A DNA stretch of 38,832 bases from Hyphochytrium catenoides (Eukaryota; Protista; Hyphochytriomycota), in NCBI GenBank assembly GCA_900088475.1, contig FLMG01000804.1, positions 1-38,832 of the forward strand. The letters are read 5' to 3'. Under the pieces are notes generated by a model. The model ran no database searches. It was not told where the DNA came from and worked only from the letters and a program-made list of their open reading frames with translations. The position numbers were made by a program, and so were the translations under genes. Positions 10,989-22,844 of the stretch are shown here, in pieces (position 1 is the stretch's first letter; every line of letters begins with the position of its first letter).

Positions 10989-13900
10989 GGGTCCCCTTCC
11001 CAAACAGTTGAGCACGGTACGGGAAGGCCTATACACGAGTGAAGATCTCTCGAAAGAAATGACGTTGGGGTCACGAGAGCATGATGATAGTACCCAGCAG
11101 ACTCAGATCTAAGCACTCCTGCCTAGCACAGGCCATGTCTCTCAGATCTTTGTGGCACCAGTCTCTGTGCGACGATTCTTATGACAAGAAAGAGCAATGG
11201 CCCGCTAAACAGGCTAACGTGCTGGCGTGTTCGTGGTGGTAGGAGTGAGCCGTTACAATGCCCCTACTTTATGTTGGAGCTTCTGGGTTCGTGCTCTTCT
11301 CGTTGTTGCTGCACTTCAGGACTCTGGATACTTCTCGTGAGAGAAGAAGGCAGCGGCAAGTTTCTGCTCTTTCCAGCAGGTACAGCACGCAAAGCAAGGA
11401 AGAAGCGCAAACAGGGCTGGAGCATTAGGTAGGGGGAGCTGCTGGGAAACAGAGATAAAGGAGCGGAGCTGGCCGATGAAGAGACAGAGCGAGACACAAA
11501 GAGACAGAGAGAGAGAGAGAGAAATGGTCAGGTTCCGATGTGCCGATTCTCATTCTTCATGGAGAGAGTTGAGTTTGTCATCCAAGGCCGGCGTAGGAAT
11601 GAGCTCATAGTCAGAGACTCTAGACTAAAATGAAAGTTTACCTCTCGACGGGCGGAATACCTTTGACACACCATCAGCTCCACAGCCGTTAGCGGTATTT
11701 GATGACCATCAAGATCAACTCACTGGGCAGGCAACGGATCCGATTGGCTGGCTACCATACAGAATAAAGAATAGAATTTATGCATCGATTGGCGATCCTT
11801 GGGGTTAAGATATGGGATCTTCGCAGCTAGTGGGAGAGGTCACAACTCCTGTCTTCAACTTGGAGAGATAGTTCTTTCTTCTACTCTTCTTGTTGTCTTT
11901 GTCCGCGATGACGAAACAGAAGACACGCTTTTCTCCTCCTCCACTTCCTCTACTAGTAGTGGTAGTTAGGTGAAATGATAGAAGATTGCCGGAGAGGAAG
12001 AAGAAGCGATAGCAGCAAAAAGACTATCGCCAACCATCTTCTTCTTGCTTGTCAGCAAAGTATGGATTCTGCTCTCTGTTCGCACGCCTGCAAGCAGCAA
12101 TACTCGTAGAGAAAACGCCACGCAACTGACGATCACGATACCCTCATCATCCCCATCTCTTCTTGATGCTTTGCCATTCGCCATTAAAAAATTTAATGAT
12201 AATCTACGTACTAAGTACGATGATAATCTAATATTAATTCTTCCTCCCTTCGTCGCGTGCCGTATGGTGCAGTATATATATGGTGATGACGACGAAGAGT
12301 AACAATAAGAAGAAGAGGGTCATGCGTCGTGCTACTAGTAGCTTCTTCAAAATATATATGTAGAATCTATATATTCTCAAAAAGGAGAGGTAATGGCCCT
12401 ATTAAATATTTGCGGCAGATGGACCTTCCAAATAGTAGTTAGGGCGGCTCGTCGTCACCAGCAGTAGTAGTAGAAGAGGTTAGGCGCGATAATAGTCGCA
12501 GGGTCAATCAACAAAAAAGTGGTTCACCGCCACCACCGCCACCACTGTCTCCCTCCTGGTTTTGATGTAATCACAAGTACTGCAGCTCTCATCGCATCGA
12601 CACATAAGAGGAGAAGAGGAAGGAAGTGAGTATAGTACCAAAGACAAGAAGAAGAAGCAGGATGAGGGATTTGGCGGGCGGCTATTACTATTATTGGCTT
12701 GCTGGGAGGGTAACTGGAGGACGTAGTAGGCGGGCGGGTACAGTTTTTTTTTAGGTCGTGACACCTATGACATAGGTGTAACTATCACTACTCCTTCATA
12801 TGTTTTATCAGTGGTGGGTTACTATTATTACCTCCCCGAAGCTTAATGACATCATCCAACAACCTTGAAGATGCCTTATGTGTTGTGGTGATGGACGGAG
12901 TGAAGTTAGCAGTAGTAGTAGGCCGCAGCAACCAGGTAAACAGAGTTCAGAAAGCTAGTAGGTACATACATCCTTAGCAACTATGAACACAAGAAAACAC
13001 CATAATGTCGTCATATGTCATCATCACTCGCCATACTCCTTCGTCTTCTTCTCTCCCCCACCATGTGAATTGACGATAGACTTCTTACTACTATTATGCA
13101 GTGGTAGCTAGGGCATAATACATGATGAGAATAATTTTATAGATATTATTTGTTATTAGGGGCAGGAGGGGTGAGTGTCAACAACAAGAAACCACGACGG
13201 ATAATAGACAAATTATGTTGCTTTGACAACACTGCTTGCCAGTAGGAAAAACATCTCGACAATCGTGTCTTCACCACGTTCCCTATCATCAACGACGAGT
13301 TCCTGACCTCTTCCTCTTTCTTGTGTTATCCCTGAACGGCAGCAGTCCTTCTTCTCCCCTTCTGTGCCGCCGCCACGCTGATGGCACAGGGAGAGGAGTC
13401 GGTTCGCCGCTCGTACCTGTAGTTGTTGTTGTGCATTCCTAGTAGAACTAGTCCAAGTAGTTCTGTGGCTACAACATGACAATGAAGATGTTCCTGACTT
13501 ATAAAGTAAACTCCGAGCGAAAGAGACTTTGATGATTATAGCACCAAACAAGGGGATGATGATCATAGAAGAATGAGGATGCTGCTCTGCCTTGCACTGC
13601 CGCTGAACTGAACTGCCGCTGCCCTGATGCGACCACGAACTTAGAAGTATCACTACTGGCTGAAAGCTGGCCGTGGACCAGCCATCCTATGAATTAGTGC
13701 TCAACCACCAAGAAACATTAGCACTAGGGCGCAGACCAAGGATGATTTTGAGCACGGGCGGAAACCTCTATAGAAAGGAGGAGGTCAAAGGGATCATCGC
13801 GGTAGGTAGAGAGATGCTGCAATATGTACTGCTATTTTCTTCTTCAGCGTCCGTTCCATATCAGATTTGTCCACTACTGAACTCAGTATTGATTGCGCTA

Positions 13901-14082
13901 TATGAAATATCCTCATGCGTCTTTTCTTCCTCAATCTGCCGCCAGCCAACTGCAGTAGCAAGCTGACCCTATCATGGCGGACACCAGCCAAGAGAAAAGA
14001 CGAGAGCCTCGCAGTCATCGCTTACCGCTTATAGGACACAAGGAGTTCCTTTCGGGTCTAACCAGGAGAAGGAGTGACAAGG

Positions 14083-16286
14083 ATGCTAAAACGTTTTCTA
14101 GCTCTCGCCCTTCTCCTTCTTGAGGGCACTCATGGTTCTACAAAGATATGGAACTCTCGACTTCAGAATTTTGTGGATGTGGAGCCAGAAGACCAGCACA
14201 TTCCTCGCGACCCGGCGGTCAGCCATCTCCGTCCACTCTCTCCGACGCTTCCTAAAGCCGATAATATCTCCTTCTTTATCGGCATTGCTGCCTTCAGGGA
14301 CTCGATAAGGTGTGGGCGCACCTTGCACTCCGCTTTCCATAACAGTACAGGAGATCCTGCTAGAATTTTCATTGGCGTTGTTGATCAGTTGGGCAGTGGA
14401 GAGAAAAGCTGCGTGGACGAGTACTGCGAGTTGGTCAAGAAAGAAGGCATTAGGGAAACAAAGCCTGAGGCATTAGGTGAGGAGTGTCCCTATCGTTCCA
14501 ATGTTAGGACAAAAAGGTTGAAAGCGAAAGACTCTCGGGGCCCAACTGTAGCACGAGCTTATCAACAGGAATTGCTCCAAGATGAAGAATTTTGTTTGCA
14601 GGTGAGATCTGAAATGCTAGGAACCGGGCCACTACCAAGCAGTAGCGAGGCGTTAGGAAACAAAAAGATAGGGATAGATGAGCAAGGACTAGCTTAGGGG
14701 TGGTAGACCACAGGGAAGGAACTGGACTGGAAAGAGAGCATAATCAGAGAATTAACAATTCACTCTCCTTCGCTGTATGCAGATAGACGCGCACTCCATC
14801 TTCGCGAAGAACTGGGATCGCGACATCGTCGCTGACTGGCTCAAAGCCAATAATGAGATGGCTGTCCTTTCTACCTACATTCACGACTGCGATAATGCCT
14901 GGGCGGGGGCGAGCGATACGACACAGCTACCGCATCTTTGTGCAACGACCAGGGCCCCACCGCATGGCATGATCAGGAACGAGGGAGCGTCCAGCATAGT
15001 GGGCGCCAAGAAGCCACAGCTAAGCCACCTCTGGGGCGCAGGTAAAGGGGTCGGCTCAGGAAACGATGGAGGATTAGTTGGAAATGATAGTGACATGGAC
15101 CCCTAGACCTAACATACGTACTAGGAAAGGCCAGAACTCGTTAGGCAACGGCCCAGAGTGCCATAAGCTGAATGTTGGGGAGGGGGAGGAAAAGCAAACG
15201 GCCATAAGCTTGTCCTTACGAATTGTCTGTGTGCTACCTTCCAGGTTTCTCTTTCACAAAATGTCACGCAGAGAGGAGAGTCCGCGTCGACCCCCATACA
15301 CCCTGGATATTTGATGGCGAAGAGTTCTTGCGCGCCATTCGCTTGTGGACCCATGGCTATGATATATATACGCCGTCAACCTTCACCGTCTGCCACGACT
15401 ACAAGCCGGTGCCGTACAGGTGAGACAACTGGATAGGGGCACTAAACGGTCAGAGGAAGTGGAGGGAGAGCAAAAGTAGTATTGCCATTGGGGGCTCTGT
15501 AGAACTTTGAAGCAGAGGAACTTGCGTGGAAGTCTAGCATTATACATTTGTGTCTCCCGGTGACCATTCCTTATCTTCAGATACGACGACCCGGATGAGG
15601 ATCCCAACCGTTTGCATTCGGATCTCGAACTTCTAAAGAGCTCTAACAGAATCAAGAAGATACTTGGTCAGACCTTGGAAGAAGATGGAGAACTATTTGA
15701 GGAGGAGTTGGATCACTTTTTGCTTGGAGATGTGCGGACTAGGGACAAGTACTTTGAATTTTCCGGCATCAATCTTCAAAAGGGACAAGATGCCGACCGC
15801 TGTCACCAATTGTACTGGGTATCTTATGATACCGATCTCGTCTCTTGGCCACTTTTGGGGTATGACAAACCGAAACGCCAACGGCCTCGTTTACGACAGC
15901 ATCAAAACGGAGCAGCGTCTGCTCTCAGGACGGATTATACACAGTGGAAGCTACCGGATTTGACTTTATTAGGAAAGGGTGGAGATAGTACGGCACGAGG
16001 GACGACCAAAGGCGATGGGGAGGCCGTGACTGTATTTGCCGGTATAGGTACATTGCAAAGAGAGGACGTGCTAAGGACAAAGACGGAAGTCAGAAAGCAA
16101 GGTATAGAGGGTCCGAAGGATGAAGACACCTCACAAGAACTGTTCCTTCCTATACTTGACAAACCTGATGCAGTGGAACGGGGGTATATCACATCAGCTT
16201 GCCTCCTGGCACTAGGTGGCACTTTCATAGGGATTGCGATTCTCTTGAGACAGAGAAGAAATAAAACGAACGCGAAGAGCGCTTAG
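14083..16286 (+). CDS. GT60-family (Skp1-hydroxyproline GlcNAc-transferase Gnt1-like / polypeptide GlcNAc-transferase) glycosyltransferase with signal peptide and C-terminal transmembrane helix, 4 exons
   Basis: Exons are about 14083-14601, 14783-15041, 15245-15419 and 15581-16286. Motifs: FIGIAAFRD..C..TL, IFIGVVDQ, SRGP..AR, QIDAH (DxH), WD, AVLSTY, WGAGFSF, DPHTPWIFDGEEF...RLWTHGYDIYTP, LGDVRT. The N-terminus MLKRFLALALLLLEGTHG looks like a signal peptide. YITSACLLALGGTFIGIAILL followed by RQRR looks like a TM helix with a basic stop-transfer. Confidence 0.9.
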
Positions 16287-16670
16287 ATGTGGGCATTGTA
16301 CGGCCGGGTACTCTTGTTCGTTGCCAGAGGTCGCCCCTTCCCTACCTGCACCGCATTCACTCGTCTGTACGTTGAGACTAGATGATGTCCTAGCGACGTG
16401 GTATCCCTTTAGACTTCTCTTTCTATTGGGTTAGGGTTAACCTTTCCGAAAACTAGTTTGTGCTTCCTTACTTTTGAATAGCTGATAGACCAGATAGAGA
16501 CAAGTCTACATAGAAACAAATTTCAAAGAATCCGACTATGGCACTAACAATTTCTCAATAGTTGGCATCTATTATGTTAGCACCGTATCATTCTGTCGGC
16601 ACTTCTAGCGCTATCTTAAGCAAGTTCTGCCCAGCTGGCGCTTGGATCTGCCTAGACAAGACCCCCTGGG

Positions 16671-19600
16671 TCAAGATGAGTGCTTTTTTGAGGCCTTCTG
16701 TCGCACACTAACTTTGCCCGCCATCCTTCTGTCTTTCATCCAGTCAACAACGATGCCGTTTTTAAGTAGAAAATCATGCTGCGCGCTTTCCTCGTAACGA
16801 TAATTGAAAAAGAGTTCCGACCCAGCGGCAATGTCATCGTTCGCAAATAAACCAATGCGGTGATCGCCGTTCACCAGCATCACCTGACATAAAAAACACG
16901 GGCGTGAGACAGGAGCAGAGTACAAAGTAATGTGACGATTCTAAAACTCTTCACACCAATCACCCGCGTCACTTACCTTGGTATACGTGTTTGGTTTCTT
17001 GGAGTGGTTAGCGAACTGTTCAAGCAGGAGGAAGGAGGGAAAAAGCGGCAGATCAGGTACATAGTTTGATGCAACGCGCTGCGGCAAAATTTGTGTGAAT
17101 GGTGGGAAGAAGTAATGCCAGCCTTCACTCTAAAGGAGGGAGGGATCATGAATTAAGGACTTTTTGAACTTTGAGGAGTGCCTCGCCGTCCCTAAATCGA
17201 TCACGCAGTATTAGAAGGCAGGGCTGTGAAAAGAAGGAGAAGTTATCATGAAGGTAAGGGAGAGCAGAAATTGAGAGCACACAAAGACACTTACTCGAGT
17301 CTTGTTGCCCTTATGAGTGGCATCCACGACGTTGTCTACATCCAAGTTAAAGAGATAGCTGTGGAAGCTATTAGTCACCAGTCGACCAGCCAGCCGAACG
17401 AAGGAAAAGACAACTAGGCATGAATAATAAGTACCATCGGGACAAAAAACACTACCACTGCAGTTTCGTGAGAAAAGAAGAGGAACGGTCTACCTTCGGT
17501 TGAGCTTATCATAGACCCTGCCCCTCCGCTCGGCCTCTTCTTGACTGACGACCTCTCCGAGATATTCGTGAATAAATTCGTCCTTTCGAACAGTGTCCAA
17601 TGTGTAGATTCCCCATCCGGCCTCAGGAATATGTGAAGCCGCTAGGAGAAGCCTCTGTCAGGGGAGGAGCACGGAGAAGCAAGATTTCAAATTGGTAATA
17701 GTCAAACTGGTGGAGAGACCAAAGCCGCAGAGCGGGCAGCCAGACCTTGTGCTGCCGTCTGCCAATATTCTGATTGTGGCAGTTCTTCTGCCCTTCAGAC
17801 AGAGGATTTGAGCTATCGAGCACGCAAACTTTGCACACATCGGGGTCACACTCTCGTCCAGCTAGCGATGCCGCGGAATAAGCGTAAGATAAAGCCATGC
17901 AATCATACGCTCTAACAAGAGGACATAGGCCAGCTACATATTCAGCTCCAAGAGCGGTAAAGACTGAAGCACCCTCGTTTGGCATCTACAATCTAAATAC
18001 ACTCTCACCAGCAAAGCATGGACAGTGCTTTGTCTGGCACTGTCCCTTCCGACATTGACAACCGGGAAATCGGTTCTTGCAAGCCTCCGAGCATCCGCAA
18101 TGCCTAAAGTGCATAGTCAGAAGAAGATAAAAGTGGAACGCTCTCATGGAGGACAATGTAGTGGATCTTAGTCTAAAGAGATCAAAACAATATCGGATTG
18201 AGAGAACTCGTCAACTTACTTTGAGCAAAAATGTCGCCTTGCAACACACGAACAAGTTTCCCCACAGGGCCCATCATGGGCACAAGGGATAAATCTGCGA
18301 TACCACCATTGAGAGAGACAGAGAAAAGTGAAGCATAAGGTGCAGCAACAGCTTAACGGTCATACGTATCTCCTTCTACTCATGGCCAACGTACTCTGAT
18401 GCGATGTCCTGGCGAGCTCCTGCACGGACAGTACCGGGGTGACGAAAGAAGAAGATGAACCAAGTGTCAGAAGAGGGTGGCGAGGAGTAAAGAGTGATGT
18501 AGGTAATATGAATGTTCCCAAATTAAGAGACAGCCTCCCTCATGCTGGAAGAGGTGCTGCAGGAAAGAAAAAGGGAAAGGCGTTTTCTTGTCCCGCTCTT
18601 GTGAGTCCCTAGTAGCTAACACTAGACAAGGAACTGTATCTAGGGGGACGCTAGCACAACTAGGTGCTAATTATAGAGAACTCAGGAATAGTAGCACAGG
18701 GAGCCGACAAGGCCAGGGAACGGAACAACTAGAAGCAAAGGGCACGGTATTTACCGTAGGTAGAAGAAAAAGAAACAGCGCCAAAGCGTACTTTTTTTCG
18801 CAACGTCACTGGTTGCGTAAGAGGTTGTGCGTGACGACCTTCCCGATTTCTTGGTCCCCGACTTCCGGCGGCCTTGCTGTTGTTCTTCTCGTCGTCTGTT
18901 TGCCTAGATGATGACAATTTGGGCAGTCGGTGGAGCGCACATTGGTTTATTGAGACCCCGTCTAAGTACTACCGCTAGATAGTCGTGGATTCCGTACCTC
19001 CCTTTTCAGGCTGTCGGGATAAAGCTTCTCCTTTAAGCAAAGCTCATGCAGCTGTCATGGTCAAAGAGGGTTAGAAGGGGAGTACTGGTTGAGAGGCTTG
19101 CCAAATGTGCGTTATCAGGTCGCTGGAGTTGGATAGCCACGAGAGATAGTAAAATGTCTGGCTCCATGCAATGGGAAAGCTTGGCTTAATGGGCGATAAA
19201 AAAGGTAGTAGTGACAAAAGGAGCTGAAGCAGCCAGATTGAACTGCACCTGCCGACAAGTGAGCCCTAGGTGACCAAGTGTTGCTGCCAATGCACAGTAG
19301 TTCCCCTCTGTCATAAAGAAGGTCTTATGCAATAACACCACATCTGATGCTGATAGCATCGCTACTTCTTCGACCTTGCTACCAGACTAATATGTGGTTA
19401 GACGCAACTTGACCCCAATTCACCCTAGAAACACATGTACCGTTGAAAGATAACAGTCTCGTTGGCAAGGCGAGGTGTCCATAGGATTCCTCCCGCTCGT
19501 TGCTCCAGTGAGAGCAGACTCCGCATCTTGCTTGGCTAGGGCATTTTGATGTTGTACCAACTGTGTTCGTATAAAGAGCAACAAAAGATTGCGTACAGCA

Positions 19601-21723
19601 CGTAGAGACCACATCAGGACAATCATAACTCGACTATGATCAGCAAAGACGCGTTAGGCGCGGAAAGAAGGGTGAAGTACCAGTGACGGAGGATCCGCGC
19701 AGCCGTGGAGCTTGCAGTCATACACAAAACATCGGCGACAGAAGAGCGCTGCATTGAAGTAGTGCAGAAGCAGAATTGTTAGTAGCTGTTGTCTGGGAAG
19801 GGTCCAAAAGGAACTCAATGGCATCTTACAGCGGTAGGAGTCCATCGCGGACACATAGTCGGTCCGGTACTGAGGCAAAAAGAAGCTGCTAGAAGTCTTC
19901 GTACTGGCAGTTCCTGCACAAGAATGTTTTAGAGCGTCCGACTCAACAGGAATAGGACACTCATACATAGCTCGACAAAAAGGAGAATTCTGGATCTAGA
20001 AAAAAGCACTCCTCCTACCTTCCTGCTCTTCCAGACAACTGAAGTCCTCACAAACGTTCGATCTTCCATAGATGTCCTCACGACATGGTGACACCACTGA
20101 GGACCCGTCGCACTCGCTAGTCGCAGGACTGCTACTGACGATAGAGCGATATTGACGCTTTACCATCTAATGACATTCGAAACGTCGTCAAGGTTATCAA
20201 TAGATGAAGGGGCCTAGGAGAATGTAGCAGAAATTCGTTGGGATGTACCAAATGAGCAAGAAAGTGCTTCTTTCATCGTAGCGAGGTTATTCGGGAAACG
20301 CTAATCGTAACAGGTGGCATTGATAAGAACTTACACTGAAGGGAGCTACGATCGCCCTCGACACGATCAGTAGATGTCTTTCGTCTATCTGTGGGCTATT
20401 CTGCATAAGACCACGAATGACATGATCCACAACACGGAGATCCAGCTCCTCTTCGATCTCTGTGCGATCCACGTCCTTTCTGAATGGCAGATAATGAGTT
20501 TTTTCCGATGACCTTGCTATACTGCTCGCGCTTTCCACCTTCACTTATGAGCTCCTACCTTACTTCAAAGACCTGAGAAACAACATCCTCACAGTCCTCG
20601 TCGCCAAAGTAAGGCTTATATCTGAGCACTGGGTCGTCCTCGACCTGGATGGGGTGAAGTTATAAGGGTCATCGCGAAAGGGAGCGATGTAAGGAGTCAA
20701 ACGCAGAGGATACCGCATCAGAATTAGTACACCCTGTAGGCCATGTTTCACTCGGATGGCCATCATGGCGCATCCTAGTAACATGCTAAATGGCTAAAAG
20801 AATGCGAGCTGTATCGCAGGAACGCACGGTAGGAGATTCCCATCGTATAAAGACCACGGCAGAAATATAAATCTAGATGAGGAAACGGGATCAACGCAAG
20901 CTAAGTTTACTCATACCTTCAAATTTTTCGTTAGCGTCACGTACGCACATGCATTTGGCAAGAACTGAACAAAGGGCAGGATCTTGGGCTTCGAAAGGAT
21001 CTTCCTTACGGTCTTCTTTCCGTTCGAGATAGAGATAGAAGCGGGGCTCTCGGCTGTTCCCTTCCGGTTTACTCCTAGAATTTCAGTTTAAGCGGACAAG
21101 GTGCTAGGATGGTAATATCAGCACCGTCGTACCAAGCTCGTTCCCCTTAAACAGACTTGGCAATGGCTGTCGCATCCTGTTTCTTGCTCCCCATAGTATC
21201 TCCTGCTTCGTCGCCAGCTTTTGCTTCCTCTTGAGAGCTCTTACCTCGGCACGACAGAAAGCACGATTGTCGGTGATAGTGTCCTATTCAAGGACTGTAA
21301 GCAGATTGTGGATTGCTGGACATCCGCTGACTGGGAATAAAGGTCCTCTCAACGGCCTACCTGCTGTTCAGCATCCCACTTCTTCCAGAACTCGTTGCTT
21401 CTTTCAACCACACTTTCCCAAACGCCAGGTATAAGGTCGTCCACCTCTTCATTGGTGAGTTCTGTTAGATTCCTGCCCGCAAGAGTTATTTTACTGAAGG
21501 TTGGCAGCGAGGTCTGATGCAAAGCTGCGAGTGGGGAAGCATCCCAAACCGCGGTCTCCTCCTCTTTGGAGACGGTCGAATCTAGGAGCATCTCCTTTCT
21601 TTCTATAGTCTCCGGGTCATTCTCGGGACTATATGCAACCACCTGAGAATGAGGTAACCTTTCGTTTCCAATTGGGGCTATGACCCCAAGTTCTTCACCG
21701 GTCAGAAGAGTAGCATCCTTCAT
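16671..21723 (-). CDS. E(z): Enhancer of zeste (EZH1/2, CLF-like) H3K27 methyltransferase, PRC2 catalytic subunit; ~18 exons, start codon uncertain (possibly further upstream)
   Basis: Spliced motifs appear in the correct order: [15 protein letters not shown]|[16 protein letters not shown] (SAL/SRM-like), [21 protein letters not shown] (MCSS), a SANT2-like [19 protein letters not shown], and [19 protein letters not shown]...[42 protein letters not shown]. The SET domain reads AGWGIY...[24 protein letters not shown]...SYLFNL...VDAT.KGNKTRFANHS..PN...[11 protein letters not shown]...[11 protein letters not shown]. Confidence 0.95.
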
Positions 21724-22581
21724 CGGGTTCAATGTCCAATAATATTCCGATAAACATGCCTGACCTAGAGAGTCTCAGGCTATGTCTAGAGTACCACCCG
21801 CCGCTTGAGCTCTTGTTAGTGATCTCAGGCTTCTCAAGCGCTTAGTGTCCCTTCAAACGACTTCTGCCTCCTGCCGTTGTACTTTATTCCCGAACGGTCA
21901 GGGTGAGTGGAGTCCGTCTGCTAGGAACACTACCCCTACCGCCAAGCTCGCGGCCCACTTCCCTCTCGTACAATGCGCTAGGACTCAACAACAGGACGAT
22001 TGGGCCTCCTCAATATTTGATTTGGGCGCCTCTCCCGTTCTGCACCTCCCACCTTGAGCTGTGACTCACCGCACTTTCCCCCGACATACATTAGCCATCC
22101 GGGGGAGACTGCTGCATGCCAGACAAGAAGCACGTGACCACTGAGAAGGACTGATCACTGGAGCTCCAGGAGGTGCCGCTAATAGTGGTGCTAGAGAGGG
22201 AAGCAGCAGGATGATGATTCGCTGTGGAGGAAGGGCAACAGTGCACTTTCATCGACAGTGACAGACGTGAGAGTAGCACCAGCGACAGCATTTTCAAACT
22301 AGAGAGGTGAGTGCAGAGAAAAGGAGCAGGGGAAGGGGAGAGCGAGGTTCATCTCAGATGCAGTTCCATATCTGCACTCCCCCAGTAGCAGCCTCCCATG
22401 TACGTAGTCGTGGGCGTCCAAACAGGCCAGTGCATTTGCTTGTTTGCTTCGGTTTTTTTCCTGCATTCTGCATTCTCATAACCATAGAATCATGAGGAAA
22501 TCACATATTGATTAATCGATCGGGGAGTGAAGCGGCGCGAAGGCTCAATAACGCTTTGCTCTGTCTGCATCATCCTCACGG

Positions 22582-22617
22582 CCATCGCCATCGCCGCCAT
22601 CGCCATCGCCATCGGCA
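22582..22617. repeat. (CGCCAT)n-like microsatellite in the divergent region between E(z) and the giant scaffold gene
   Basis: gccatcgccatcgccgccatcgccatcgccatcggc visible directly. Confidence 0.75.
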
Positions 22618-22844
22618 CATCAGCTCCTCTTAGGGGGCAGCTCCCGCCCACGGTACGCAGGTTATCCACTATGTCTGCAACACCACATCCCTTTTTCTGA
22701 TGATCAGCTCGATGATGACCATTGCATGGCCAGCCTTTCGTCCCCAGATTACTGGAACTGTGAAGCCGGCGATTTGGTGAAGCCTATGTTTTCTTTTGTT
22801 AGCTTTCGAAGCTATGTGACAATCCCGCTTGTATAAGCATTCCC

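Noticed and set aside
13213-13653. 146-aa minus-strand ORF in the GMPP/GT60 spacer
   Set aside because: It has a non-ATG start, no recognisable domain and no supporting splice structure.
3290-16286. SEC31, GMPP and GT60 as a secretory/glycosylation gene cluster
   Set aside because: The enzymes use different sugar donors (GDP-Man versus UDP-GlcNAc). Adjacency of housekeeping genes in a compact genome is unremarkable without conserved synteny.
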